A DNA stretch of 64,000 nucleotides from an uncultured Acidobacteriota bacterium. GTDB taxonomy: Bacteria; Acidobacteriota; Polarisedimenticolia; J045. The position numbers and the translations under genes are program-made. This document shows, in pieces, positions 10,213 to 19,749 of this stretch (the stretch's first letter is position 1; every line of letters starts with the position of its first letter). Location: positions 96,001 to 160,000 of the forward strand of contig CAVPCQ010000018.1 in NCBI GenBank assembly GCA_963702425.1. The letters run 5' to 3'. The notes beneath the pieces are model-generated. The model was not told the origin of the DNA. It did not search any database and saw only the letters and a program-made list of their open reading frames with translations.

Positions 10213-10527
10213 ATGAGCGTCCTCAACATCACGCCGCGTGAGCGGATGACCGACGTCATGGGTCGGCCGTACTTCCTCTGGGATTGCGATCTCACGCTCG
10301 ACGGCTTCGAATCGCTGCTCCGCGACCCCGATCCCGAGGTCCGCGCCTACAACCTCGGCCGGCTGATGCGGCAGGCGCGGCCGGACGACGTCTTTGCGTT
10401 CGTGACGTTGCGCGAGATCCGAACGGCATGGCCGCTCCTCCAGCGATACCTCGGACGAACGCGAGCCTTCTGGACCTGGATACTCGCCCGATGGGAGAAA
10501 GTGGACGGTGTCGGTCGGGAGGCTTAG
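10213..10527 (+). CDS. Small putative antitoxin partner of AbiEii-type nucleotidyltransferase
   Basis: 104 aa, PYFLWD motif, overlaps the start of the downstream nucleotidyltransferase gene. Confidence 0.6.
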   Translation: MSVLNITPRERMTDVMGRPYFLWDCDLTLDGFESLLRDPDPEVRAYNLGRLMRQARPDDVFAFVTLREIRTAWPLLQRYLGRTRAFWTWILARWEKVDGVGREA

Positions 10528-10860
10528 CTCGCTGCAGGTCGACGTCTTGGCGGCACTCGCCCCGATCGTCCCGCCCTGGACCCTGACGGGCGGGGCTGCG
10601 CTCGCGGCCTTCTACACGCGCCACAGGACGACTCGCGACCTCGACTTGTTCTGGCACGGTCGTGACCGGCTCGAGGAGCTTCCCGCGCTCGTCACAGATC
10701 GCCTCCAAGCCGCAGGATTCGCAGTCATGACGGTGCAGACCGCCCCCGCATTCGTGCGCATCTCGGTCGCCCGCGGCGACGAGATGGTACTCGTCGACTT
10801 GGTCGCAGAACCCGTGGCCGTCGTCGAGCCGCCGGTGTCTCTCGCCATCACCCCGACCGC
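10508..10860 (+). pseudogene. AbiEii/DUF1814 nucleotidyltransferase toxin, C-terminally truncated
   Basis: LTGGAALAAFY..HRTTRDLDLF motif; homology ends at ~115 aa, then the ORF reads into an IS remnant (stop 11119). Confidence 0.7.
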
Positions 10861-11243
10861 CCTACCCTTCAACGAGTTGCGTTCCTATGCAGGATACCCG
10901 ACTCGCCGGCGGAAGAGTCCCCGGCCCCGCCTTCTCCTCATCGACCGCCTTGTCTGGCCGGGCCTGCGCCGCGGGTGGCCCCGCTGGGAAGAGGCGCGTC
11001 CAGTGGATCCAGCGGCGCGTCAGCGCTGGCGACTGCCCCTCAGCAACCACCGCGAGGTCATCGCTCTTCCTCGCCTTGGCGGGCTTCACCACCGTTACGG
11101 CTGGCGTCGTGCAGCCTGACGCTCTCGCTCGACCGATCTGCCGCGGCCGCCGCATCGTCGCCGAACGCGGGTGCCTTCTGCCCCGGCATTCACCGAGGCA
11201 CCAGTCATGCCGACGCGTGGATGCGATTTCGGCGAAGCACAGG
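10861..11243 (+). mobile_element. Internally deleted IS remnant (integrase-core transposase type)
   Basis: Encodes RPRLLLIDRLVWPGLRRGWPRW (N-terminal part) joined to EVIALPRLGGLHHRY..RRAA (typical C-terminus); degenerate terminal inverted repeats cctacccttcaacgag / ttcggcgaagcacagg. Confidence 0.55.
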
Positions 11244-11334
11244 TCCTTGAGTGGCGTGTTTCGAGAAGGTCGAAGGATCACCGGACCAGTGACGGGGGGC
11301 ACGTCAGGGATCGGGACCTCGGCGCGCCTCCGGG

Positions 11335-12552
11335 TCAGATGACCCGCCACCAGGGCGCGGCCAGCACATCGGGGGCCAGCCACTCGAGCGTCGTCCCGGT
11401 GTGCAGCAGCAGACCGAATCGGGACCGCTTGCCGTACTCGGCGCGGAAGGCGCGCAGGCGTGCCGCGTCGGCGAGGCGGGGCCGCGTCCCGGGCTTCACC
11501 TCGATCGGGAGGAGGGACGTGCCGGATTCGATCACGAAGTCCACTTCGTCGCCGACCGCCGTGCGCCAGTAGCTGATCTCGGGGCGGTCGAGCCGCGCGT
11601 CGCGCCAGGCCAGGAGGTCGTGCAGGACCACGTTCTCGAGGTGCGCCCCGGCCGGCGCGCTCACGCCCGCCAGGTGGAGTGCGATTCCGGTGTCGCCCCA
11701 GTACAGCTTCGGCGTCTTGATGAGCCGCTTGGTGCGGTTGACGGCAAACGCCGGCAGACGCACCAGGAGGTGCGACGTTTCGAGCAGGTTGAGCCAGCGG
11801 TGGACGGTAGGCTGGGGGAGCCCGACGTCGCGACCCAACTCGGTCTGGTTGAGAAGCTGGCCGAGGCGAAGACACGCGGCGTGCATGAGGCGGCGGAAGT
11901 CGGGGAGCGCAACGATCGAGGCCAGGTCCTGGAGGTCGCGCTCCAGGTAGGTGCGCACGTAGCCGTCGAACCAGATCGCCCGTTCCGCACCGGTCGTCAT
12001 GGAGATCGCCGGCGTCGGGAAGCCGCCTCGCCGTGCCAGGGCCCGCCAATCCTCCGGCTCGTCCTGCTGCGCCGCCAGCAGGTCGAGCCACTCCTCGTCG
12101 TGGGTCTCGAACAGTTCCTCCCAGAGCCCGGCGCGGCCTTGGCCGCGCTGTTCGCGGCGGGTCATCGGCCACAGCGTGAGATAGCTGGCCCGGCCGGCCA
12201 GCGACTCCGACACCTGGCGCATCAGCAGCAGGTTCGCCGAGCCCGTCAGCAGGAACCGGCCGGGGGTCCGCTGCCGGTCGATCGCCCGCTTCACCGCGCG
12301 CAGAAGCCCGGGCTCGCGCTGGACCTCGTCGAGCGTCACCGGCTCGCGCCCGCCGACCAGAATCTCCGGATCACGGCGGGCCGCATCCAGCACGTCGAGG
12401 TCGTCGAGCGATCGGTACCGGCGTTGCCCGGCCACGAGGTGCTCCGCCAGCGTGCTCTTGCCGGTTTGCCGGGCGCCGGTCAATACGACCGCCGGCATCG
12501 CCGCGAGGCGCTCGCGAAGCGCCGGGCCGACCACGCGGGGAAGGGGCTCCAT
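11335..12552 (-). CDS. AAA+ ATPase with DUF4143 (AAA_14 + wHTH + PD-(D/E)xK-like) domain
   Basis: Walker A GARQTGKST, LDEVQ, LTGS, ESLAGR, GGFP, KTPKLYWGDTG, EVDFVIE..IEVK. Confidence 0.9.
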   Translation of the reverse strand: MEPLPRVVGPALRERLAAMPAVVLTGARQTGKSTLAEHLVAGQRRYRSLDDLDVLDAARRDPEILVGGREPVTLDEVQREPGLLRAVKRAIDRQRTPGRFLLTGSANLLLMRQVSESLAGRASYLTLWPMTRREQRGQGRAGLWEELFETHDEEWLDLLAAQQDEPEDWRALARRGGFPTPAISMTTGAERAIWFDGYVRTYLERDLQDLASIVALPDFRRLMHAACLRLGQLLNQTELGRDVGLPQPTVHRWLNLLETSHLLVRLPAFAVNRTKRLIKTPKLYWGDTGIALHLAGVSAPAGAHLENVVLHDLLAWRDARLDRPEISYWRTAVGDEVDFVIESGTSLLPIEVKPGTRPRLADAARLRAFRAEYGKRSRFGLLLHTGTTLEWLAPDVLAAPWWRVI

Positions 12553-12554
12553 GC

Positions 12555-12584
12555 CGTGAATGATAATCATTCACGACGTGAATG
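12555..12584. promoter_or_regulatory. Triple half-site palindromic operator overlapping a -10 (TATCAT) of the AAA/DUF4143 gene
   Basis: CGTGAATGAT-A-ATCATTCACG perfect inverted repeat plus overlapping CATTCACG-A-CGTGAATG. Confidence 0.6.
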
Positions 12585-12597
12585 GCCAGTCCGGTCG

Positions 12598-12673
12598 CGG
12601 CCTGTCGGTTCTCGAGAAGTCGTCGCCCTCAAACCGCCTGAAGGACAGCCGGGAGGGCGGAGGTGTCGATCAC
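12598..12673 (-). pseudogene. vapC: VapC (PIN toxin) remnant: N- and C-terminal ends only
   Basis: VIDTSAL..VL followed out of frame by FEGDDFSRTD; the middle of the gene is missing. Confidence 0.7.
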
Positions 12674-12675
12674 CC

Positions 12676-12867
12676 TCAGCTGGGCGGCCCGCTCTCGTCG
12701 TATCCAAGGATCTCGTTGGCCGTACGGCGGTCCTGCACCGGCAGGCGGGCGCAGCGCTGAGCGATCTCGTCCAGTTCGTCGGCCAGCGTCCGCTCCGCGC
12801 CGTCCCGGAGCAGCCTCGTCAACCGAGCCAGCAGCGCCCGGCGCACCGCCTCGATCTCGGGCTCCAT
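12676..12867 (-). pseudogene. vapB: VapB antitoxin (Rv0623-like) lacking most of the N-terminal DNA-binding part
   Basis: EAVRRAL...LPVQDRRTANEILGYDESG C-terminal signature; directly upstream of the vapC remnant. Confidence 0.7.
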
Positions 12868-12904
12868 GCTCAGCCGCCCCCCCTCCCGCTCCCCTTTGCC
12901 GCTA

Positions 12905-12956
12905 GAAAAAAAGGAGGCCAGCGGGATCCGCTGGCCGAGACCTACGAAGCTGATGC
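12905..12956 (-). ncRNA. Candidate sigma-54-dependent small RNA (~50 nt) ending in an intrinsic terminator
   Basis: Lies between a consensus sigma-54 promoter and hairpin GGCCAGCGG-ATC-CCGCTGGCC followed by TCC-T7; no ORF. Confidence 0.5.
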
Positions 12957-12965
12957 CTCTCCTAA

Positions 12966-12983
12966 GAGCAACACGCGTGCCAA
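12966..12983 (-). promoter_or_regulatory. Sigma-54 (-24/-12) promoter
   Basis: TTGGCACGCGTGTTGCT on the minus strand, matching TGGCACG-N4-TTGCW. Confidence 0.75.
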
Positions 12984-13010
12984 CCGATTGTCCATCTCTT
13001 CGTTCATTGT

Positions 13011-13023
13011 TATCAACGATTTA
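13011..13023. promoter_or_regulatory. IHF binding site
   Basis: TATCAACGATTTA matches WATCAANNNNTTR, ~30-40 bp upstream of the sigma-54 promoter. Confidence 0.6.
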
Positions 13024-13127
13024 GCCGGACGATGGAAAGACGGCCGCAATCCCCGCTTCTCATCCTGAGAGCCGGCCGGCGGTCCCGTTCTCTCATTCCG
13101 AGAACTGAACCCCGCGCCGGACCGGCG

Positions 13128-13703
13128 TCAGACCGCCGCCGCGGCCGGGTAGATCGGGAGCCGGTCGACCAGTTCGCCGAGCCCCGGAGCCTCCCGGTCC
13201 TTGTCGGACAGGACCGGCTCGCGGTCCGCCGGCAGCGGCCAGGCGATCCCGATCGCCGGGTCGTTCCAGGCGATCGCGACCTCGTCCTCGCGGGCGTAGA
13301 AGGCGGTCGCCTTGTAGAGCACCTGGGCCGGGCCGTCGGTCACGAGGAACCCGTGCGCGAAGCCCGGCGGCACCCACATCTGCCGGAAGTTGGCGGCGGA
13401 CAGGAGCGTGCCCGCCCAGCGCCCGAAGGTCGGCGAGCCGCGCCGGATGTCGACTGCGACGTCGAAGATCTCCCCCTCGACCACGCGCACCAGCTTCCCC
13501 TGCGGCTGCCGGAGCTGCGCGTGCAGGCCGCGCAGCGTCCACGGCCCGGAGCGCGAGTGGTTGTCCTGCACGAACGGCAGGTCGATCCCCTCCGCGGCGA
13601 AGCGATCGCGCTGCCAGGACTCGACGAAGAAACCGCGCGCGTCGGAGAGGACCGTCGGCTCGACCAGCAGCACTCCGGGCAGTTCGGTCGGCAGGACCCG
13701 CAT
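13128..13703 (-). CDS. rfbC: dTDP-4-dehydrorhamnose 3,5-epimerase
   Basis: DARGFF, QDNHSRS, LRGLH, VAVDIRRGSPTFG, GFAHGF. Confidence 0.95.
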   Translation of the reverse strand: MRVLPTELPGVLLVEPTVLSDARGFFVESWQRDRFAAEGIDLPFVQDNHSRSGPWTLRGLHAQLRQPQGKLVRVVEGEIFDVAVDIRRGSPTFGRWAGTLLSAANFRQMWVPPGFAHGFLVTDGPAQVLYKATAFYAREDEVAIAWNDPAIGIAWPLPADREPVLSDKDREAPGLGELVDRLPIYPAAAAV

Positions 13704-13707
13704 CGAC

Positions 13708-14583
13708 TCAGCTCTCCGACTCGTCGAGCACGCGGAAGAGGTACTGCGCATAGGCCGACGAGCCGAGGCGCTCCGCCGCGCGCCGCAGCCCACCCTTGTC
13801 GATGAACCCCATGTGGAACGCGATCTCCTCCGGGCAGGCGACCTTCATCCCCTGCCGCTCCTCGATCGCCTGGATGAACGACGAGGCCTGCATCAGCGCC
13901 TGCGGCGTGCCGGTGTCGAGCCACGCGGTGCCGCGCCCGATGATCTCGACGTGCAGCTCGCCCCAGGTCATGAAGGCCCGGTTGACGTCGGTGATCTCCA
14001 GCTCGCCGCGCGGCGAGGGCTTCAGCGTGGCCGCGACGTCGAGCACGCGGTTGTCGTAGAAGTAGAGCCCGGGAACCGCGAAGTGCGAGCGCGGCGCCTT
14101 CGGCTTCTCCTCGATCGAGATCGCGCGGCCGGCGGCGTCGAACTCGACGACCCCGTAGCGCTCCGGGTCGGTCACGCGGTAGGCGAAGACGGTCGCCCCG
14201 CGTTCGCGCGCCGCCGCCGAGCGCAGCGACTCCGGCAGGCCGTGGCCGTAGAACAGGTTGTCGCCCAGCGCCAAAGCCACGCGCCCGCGGCCGACGAACT
14301 CGCGCCCGATCACGAACGCCTGCGCCAGCCCTTCCGGCCGCGGCTGCGCGGCGTACGACAGCGCCAGGCCGAACTGGCTGCCGTCGCCCAGCAGGCGCCG
14401 GAACGCGGCCTCGTCCTCGGGCGTCGTGATCACCAGGATCTCGCGAATCCCGGCCAGCATCAGCGTCGTCAGCGGGTAGTAGATCATCGGCTTGTCGAAG
14501 ATCGGCACCAGTTGCTTGGAAACGCCCAGCGTCAGCGGCCAGAGTCGCGAGCCGGAACCCCCGGCGAGAATGATCCCCTTCAC
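13708..14583 (-). CDS. rfbA: Glucose-1-phosphate thymidylyltransferase
   Basis: [31 protein letters not shown]. Confidence 0.95.
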   Translation of the reverse strand: MKGIILAGGSGSRLWPLTLGVSKQLVPIFDKPMIYYPLTTLMLAGIREILVITTPEDEAAFRRLLGDGSQFGLALSYAAQPRPEGLAQAFVIGREFVGRGRVALALGDNLFYGHGLPESLRSAAARERGATVFAYRVTDPERYGVVEFDAAGRAISIEEKPKAPRSHFAVPGLYFYDNRVLDVAATLKPSPRGELEITDVNRAFMTWGELHVEIIGRGTAWLDTGTPQALMQASSFIQAIEERQGMKVACPEEIAFHMGFIDKGGLRRAAERLGSSAYAQYLFRVLDESES

Positions 14584-15682
14584 GCGCGCTCCCCCTCGTG
14601 CGCCGCGAGACCCAGCCGCTCGCGGCGGTACTTCCCGGCCTGGACCCCCTCGCACCACGCGCGGCTCGCGACGTACCAGCGGACCGTCTCCGCCAGTCCC
14701 TCCTCGAACGCGTGCCGCGGCCGCCAGCCCAGCTCGCCCTTGATCTTCGAGGCGTCGATCGCGTAGCGCCGGTCGTGGCCCGGGCGATCGGGGACGAAGG
14801 TCTCGAGCTCGCGGTAGGAGCGCTTGCCGCGCCCGGCCAGCGCCATGTTGGACGCGGCCGGGACCTCCTCGTCGAGCACCTCGCAGATCCGATCGACGAC
14901 CTGCAGGTTGGTGCGCTCGCTGTCGCCGCCGACGTTGTAGGTCTGGCCGGGGCGCCCGCGCTCGAGCACGTCGAGGATCGCCTCGCAGTGGTCGCCGACG
15001 TAGAGCCAGTCGCGGACGTTCCCGCCGTCGCCGTAGATCGGCAGGTCCTTCCCCTCCAGCGCGTTCAGGATCACCAGCGGGATCAGCTTCTCGGGGAACT
15101 GGCGCGGGCCGTAGTTGTTGCTGCAGTTCGTGATCAGGATCGGCAGGCCGTAGGTCCGGGCGTAGGCCTGCGCGAGGTGGTCGGCGCCGGCCTTGGTCGC
15201 CGAGTAGGGCGAGCTGGGGTCGTAGGCGGTCGTCTCGAGGAACAGCCCGGTCTCGCCGAGCGAGCCGTAGACCTCGTCGGTCGAGACCTGCAGGAAGCGG
15301 AAGCGCGCCCGCGCGGCGGGGTCGAGGTCGCTCAGCAAGCGCCGCGAGGCCTCGAGCAGCTCGAAGGTCCCGACCAGGTTCGTGAACACGACCGGCGACG
15401 GGTCGTCGATCGAGCGGTCGACGTGGGTCTCCGCGGCGAAGTGGACCAGCCAGGTCGGGCGGTGCTCGTGGAGCACCCGCCGCACCAGCGCGCGGTCGGC
15501 GATGTCGCCCTTCACGAACGAGAACCGCGGGTCCTTCGGCGACCTCCTCGAGGTTGAGCAGGCTTCCCGGCGTACGTCAGCTTGTCGAGCACGACGACGC
15601 GCGAGGCGGTGCGGGCCAGCGCCGCGCGCACGAAGTTGGAGCCGATGAAACCGGCCCCGCCGGTGACGACGATCGTGTCCAT
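14580..15682 (-). CDS. rfbB: dTDP-glucose 4,6-dehydratase (two single-base insertions near 15540-15565)
   Basis: [20 protein letters not shown] in one frame; [34 protein letters not shown] in another. Confidence 0.9.
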
Positions 15683-15798
15683 GCGCTCCTCGGCTCGCTC
15701 CGTCCCGCACAAGTTATCCCGCCGGCCGGCGGGCGTCTACAACCGGATGCCGACCCGGAGCCGAGGCGCTCGCGCCATGCGGGTCGGCCTTCTTCGAG

Positions 15799-17427
15799 CT
15801 ACGCCCGCGGTAGCGGGAGCACGATCCGGACCTCGGCGCCCCCCTCGGGCCGGTTCTCGGCGACGGCGCTCCCCCCGTGCGCTTCGGCGATGCGCGCCAC
15901 GATGTAGAGCCCGAGCCCGGTGCCCGAGCGCAGCGAGTGGTCCTTGACCTGCGGCCGCTCGCGGGAGAAGGCCTCCTTCGGATCGAAGCCGACGAAACCG
16001 CGGCCGGTGTCGCGCGTGCCGAGCGCCAGGGCGCCCTCCTCGCGCCGCGCGAAGAGCACGACCGAGCCGCCGTCCGGGGTGGCGGCGACGGCGTTGCTGG
16101 CGAGGTTCACCAGCGCGCGCTCGAGGAAGACCGCGTCGCCCGAGATCGGCGGGAGGGCCGGTTCGATCTCCGTCGACAGCGTCACGTTGCGGCGCGCTGC
16201 GAGCGGGCCGACGCGCTCCGCGGAGTCCTCGACGAGCCCGGGGACGAGCAGCGTCGCCAGATGGGGCCGGATCGGCCCCTCTTCGGCCTGTGCCGCGGTC
16301 AGGACGTTGGCGAGGTAGAGGTTCAGCCGCTCGCAGGTGTCGACGATCTGGTCGAGCGCTCCCCGCACCTCGGGAGCCGGCGCCTCCTCGAGCAACCCTT
16401 CGCAGCGGAGTTGGATCCCGCTGACCGGGGCCTTGATGTCGTGCACCACCGCGGCCAGGTGCGCGACCCGGTCCGACAGCCCTTCCGAGCGCTGCACGGC
16501 GGCGTCGCGCTGCCGGGCCAGGCGCTGGCGCTGGTCCGCGTTCCGCAGGTAGGCGCCGATCGAGGCCAGGACCACGCCCAGCCCCGCGGCCGCGAGGGCC
16601 GCGTTGGCGAGGATGAAGCGCAACAGGCGCGCCTCGTCGGCTCGCCGCGGCATCCCCGCAGCCAGCCAGATGTCGCCGCCCAACCCATCCGGCTTCCGGT
16701 AGGCGATGTCGAAGCGGTCGCTGCCGAGCGCCTTGCGCGCGAGCCGGACCTCGCCGCGCTCGGGCGCCTGGGCCGGATCGGGCGGCGGCGGCGGCGGGCG
16801 CGGGAAACTGAAGTGGACCGGGTCGGTGCCGTCGAAGATCGCCAGCGGCGCCTCGAGCTCCGAGGTCGTCTGCTGGACGAACAGCCGCCCGATCAGGATC
16901 GCGACGCGCACGTTGCCGATCGCGCGCCCCCCGACCACGACCGGCTGGGACAGGATCACCGCCTGACTGCCGCCGAGGAGCTGGGCGCGCGTGGCCAGCT
17001 TCGCGTCTGCGGCCGGAGGGGTGCCGACCCCGAGCTGGAGGAGCGCGGCGGGGGTGGACCACGCGACCGGCTTCCCGTCGGCGTCGTCGATCACCACGAG
17101 CAGGCTGCCGAAGTCGTCGCGCAGCGCGTGCAGCGCAGCGATCGTCCGGTCCAGGCTCCGCTCGGCGAGCGCTTCCTGCACGGCGCGCGATTCGACGATC
17201 GCCCGGAGCAGCGAGCGCCCCGACTGCACCTGGCGCAGGGTCAGGATCTCGAACAATCGGACCGTTCGCGTCGCGCGGATCTCCTGACTGCCGTCGAGCT
17301 GTGCCCGGTTCGAGTACCACATCCAGGTCAGGCCCGCAGCGAGGACCAGGGCGACGATCGTGCCGATCACGGCCAGCGCCCGGCGCGCCTCACGGCGCGA
17401 GACCTGCAGCTCGTCGCGGTCCTTCAC
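15799..17427 (-). CDS. Membrane sensor histidine kinase
   Basis: Two TM helices around a periplasmic domain; H-box VHDIKAP, NLASNA, DTGRG, GTGLGL; GTG start overlaps the response regulator stop. Confidence 0.9.
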   Translation of the reverse strand: MKDRDELQVSRREARRALAVIGTIVALVLAAGLTWMWYSNRAQLDGSQEIRATRTVRLFEILTLRQVQSGRSLLRAIVESRAVQEALAERSLDRTIAALHALRDDFGSLLVVIDDADGKPVAWSTPAALLQLGVGTPPAADAKLATRAQLLGGSQAVILSQPVVVGGRAIGNVRVAILIGRLFVQQTTSELEAPLAIFDGTDPVHFSFPRPPPPPPDPAQAPERGEVRLARKALGSDRFDIAYRKPDGLGGDIWLAAGMPRRADEARLLRFILANAALAAAGLGVVLASIGAYLRNADQRQRLARQRDAAVQRSEGLSDRVAHLAAVVHDIKAPVSGIQLRCEGLLEEAPAPEVRGALDQIVDTCERLNLYLANVLTAAQAEEGPIRPHLATLLVPGLVEDSAERVGPLAARRNVTLSTEIEPALPPISGDAVFLERALVNLASNAVAATPDGGSVVLFARREEGALALGTRDTGRGFVGFDPKEAFSRERPQVKDHSLRSGTGLGLYIVARIAEAHGGSAVAENRPEGGAEVRIVLPLPRA

Positions 17428-18800
17428 GCGCCGTCCCCGTCGCCCGGCGCCGCGTCTTCGTCGGCGGCGAGCTTGCGGTAGAGCGTCGCCAGTCCGATGC
17501 CGAGCTGCCTTGCGGCTTCCTTCTTGTTGCCGCCCGTCGCGTCGAGGGCGTGCCGGATCAGAATCCTCTCCGCCTCCGCCAGCGTCACCGACTCGGGCAG
17601 CGCAAGCGCCGGGCCGGCGATGGCGTTTCCGCCCCGGACCGCCTCGGGAAGATCGTCCGGTCCGATCAGCGGCCCCTCCGCCAGCGCGGCCGCGCGCTCG
17701 ACGGCGTTCTCCAGCTCGCGCACGTTTCCGGGCCAGCGGTGCGCGCGCAGCGCCACCAGCGCTTCGGGCGAGAACCCCTCGACCTGCGTCCGGCCGCGCT
17801 CGGTCCGCTCGCGCTCGAGAAACCGGTGCGCGAGCAGCAGCACGTCGTCGCCGCGCAGCCGCAGCGGCGGGACGAGCAGCGGGATCACGTTCAAGCGGTA
17901 GAACAGGTCCTCGCGGAATCGCCCCTGCGCGACCTCGAGTTCGAGGTCGCGGTGCGTCGCGGCAATGACCCGCACATCGACGCGTCGCGTGCGGGTCTCG
18001 CCGATCCGCTGGACCTCGCCGGTCTGCAGGACGCGCAGGAGCTTCACCTGCATCTCCTGCGGGATCTCGCCGAGCTCGTCGAGGAAGATCGTGCCGCCGT
18101 CCGCCGCCTCGAACAGGCCCGGCTTCTCCTTGACCGCCCCGGTGAAGGCGCCGCGGGTGTGTCCGAAGAGCTCCGACTCGAGCAGCGTGGCCGGGATCGC
18201 GGCGCAATGGACCTTGACCAGCCGCCGCTCGGCGCGCGGCGACAGCTCGTGGATCGCGTCGGCGATCACTTCCTTTCCGGTCCCGGTCTCACCGGTCAGG
18301 AGGACCGTCGACCCGGTCGGCGCCACCTTCTCGACCATCCGCAGGACCTGTTCGAAGGCGGGGGAGGCGCCGATCACGCGCGTGAGCTGCCGGCGGCCGC
18401 GCAGCGCCTGGCGCAGGCGGCGGTTTTCGGCGGCCAACTGGTGCTGGGAGAGCGCCAGCGCCACGGCCTTGCGCAATGCGGCCGCACGCGGCGGCTTGAC
18501 CAGGACGTCGACCACGCCGTGCTTCATCAGGTTGACGGCGTCCTCGACCGTCGCCTGGCCCGAGACGACGAGGAACGTGGTGTCGGGCGAGTGCTCCCGG
18601 ACCGCGAGCACGAACTCCAGGCCGTTCATGCCCGGCATCGCGAAGTCGGTCACCACGACCGCCGGCGGATCCGCCGGCGCGGCCTCCAGCGCTTCGGCGG
18701 GGAGGGTGAAGGTGCGCAGGTCGTGCCCCTCGCGCGAGAGGGCGGCGGCGACCGCCTCGGCCATCACGGGATCGTCGTCGACGATGTAGACCAGCGCCAT
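17424..18800 (-). CDS. NtrC/AtoC-family sigma-54 response regulator
   Basis: REC domain, GETGTGKE, GAFTGA, FLDE, WPGNVREL, Fis-type HTH. Confidence 0.95.
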   Translation of the reverse strand: MALVYIVDDDPVMAEAVAAALSREGHDLRTFTLPAEALEAAPADPPAVVVTDFAMPGMNGLEFVLAVREHSPDTTFLVVSGQATVEDAVNLMKHGVVDVLVKPPRAAALRKAVALALSQHQLAAENRRLRQALRGRRQLTRVIGASPAFEQVLRMVEKVAPTGSTVLLTGETGTGKEVIADAIHELSPRAERRLVKVHCAAIPATLLESELFGHTRGAFTGAVKEKPGLFEAADGGTIFLDELGEIPQEMQVKLLRVLQTGEVQRIGETRTRRVDVRVIAATHRDLELEVAQGRFREDLFYRLNVIPLLVPPLRLRGDDVLLLAHRFLERERTERGRTQVEGFSPEALVALRAHRWPGNVRELENAVERAAALAEGPLIGPDDLPEAVRGGNAIAGPALALPESVTLAEAERILIRHALDATGGNKKEAARQLGIGLATLYRKLAADEDAAPGDGDGA

Positions 18801-18874
18801 CGGAGCGTCTTATACAGCGAAACAAGGCCGAGCCGCGAAGGCCCCGGGCGGGGTGGGCGGGCGGGTGGGCGGGA

Positions 18875-19717
18875 TCAGCGCGCCCGGCGGACGACCCCGA
18901 CCACGTTCGGGATCGGCTGCGCCGGCAACTCCTGGTCCGCCTCGAGGAACCCCGCGTCGCTCAGTCCCACCAGCTCGATCTCCCGGCCGCCCGCGCCGAC
19001 CCAGAGCTGCGCGAGCGGGCCCCCCTCGGCATACATCGCGTTCCGGAGGTCGAGCGGCAGGGCGAGCAGGAACTCGACCAGGTCGTGGACCGGGTAGGGC
19101 GAGCGGGTGTGGATCAGCAGCACCCGCCCCTTCCCGTCGATCCCGATCGCGGCCACGCTGTGGCGCCGCGGTTGCTTCTCCCAGACGTTGCGGCGCGGCA
19201 GCGCGACCATGCGGATGCTCTGCACGGAGGCGCCGTAGGCCGCGGACAGTGCCTCGAAGTCCTGGGTGTCCCGGTCGACGATCTGCACCGGCGGCACCGC
19301 CGGTTCGAGCGGGTCGAAGACCAGCACCGACTTGTCGCGCGTCAGGCGCGGGTTGTTGACGTGTTCGCGGTTCTTGAGCAGCGAGACCGCCGTGCGCAGG
19401 TCGGCACCGAACATGCTCGCGTTGATCGCCGCGACCAGCCCTCTTGCCCGAGCCCACTCGCGTGCCGTCCGCGGCGTCCCCTCCGACGGCGCGGACGAGG
19501 CGAGGAGCTGGAGGTCGAAGTGCCGGGGGTCGACGCGCAGGACGCGGATGATCGAGTCGCCGCGCGGCGAGCGCTCGGGGGCCGGGAACTCGCCGTAGTC
19601 GAGTCCGGTCTCGAGCCTCTGCCAGGCCGGCGGGGCTGCGGGACGGCCGCCGCACGACGCCGCGAAGAGTGCGGCCGCGCACGACAGCAAGGCGAGCACG
19701 ATCGCCCGTCGCGTCAT
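18875..19717 (-). CDS. Phosphodiester glycosidase (NAGPA/DUF2233) family lipoprotein
   Basis: Lipobox-like FAASC; VLRVDP, AAINASMF, AIGIDGKG, AMYAEGG. Confidence 0.7.
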   Translation of the reverse strand: MTRRAIVLALLSCAAALFAASCGGRPAAPPAWQRLETGLDYGEFPAPERSPRGDSIIRVLRVDPRHFDLQLLASSAPSEGTPRTAREWARARGLVAAINASMFGADLRTAVSLLKNREHVNNPRLTRDKSVLVFDPLEPAVPPVQIVDRDTQDFEALSAAYGASVQSIRMVALPRRNVWEKQPRRHSVAAIGIDGKGRVLLIHTRSPYPVHDLVEFLLALPLDLRNAMYAEGGPLAQLWVGAGGREIELVGLSDAGFLEADQELPAQPIPNVVGVVRRAR

Positions 19718-19749
19718 GCGGCGAGTCTACACCGCGGGCGCCGGGCTCC

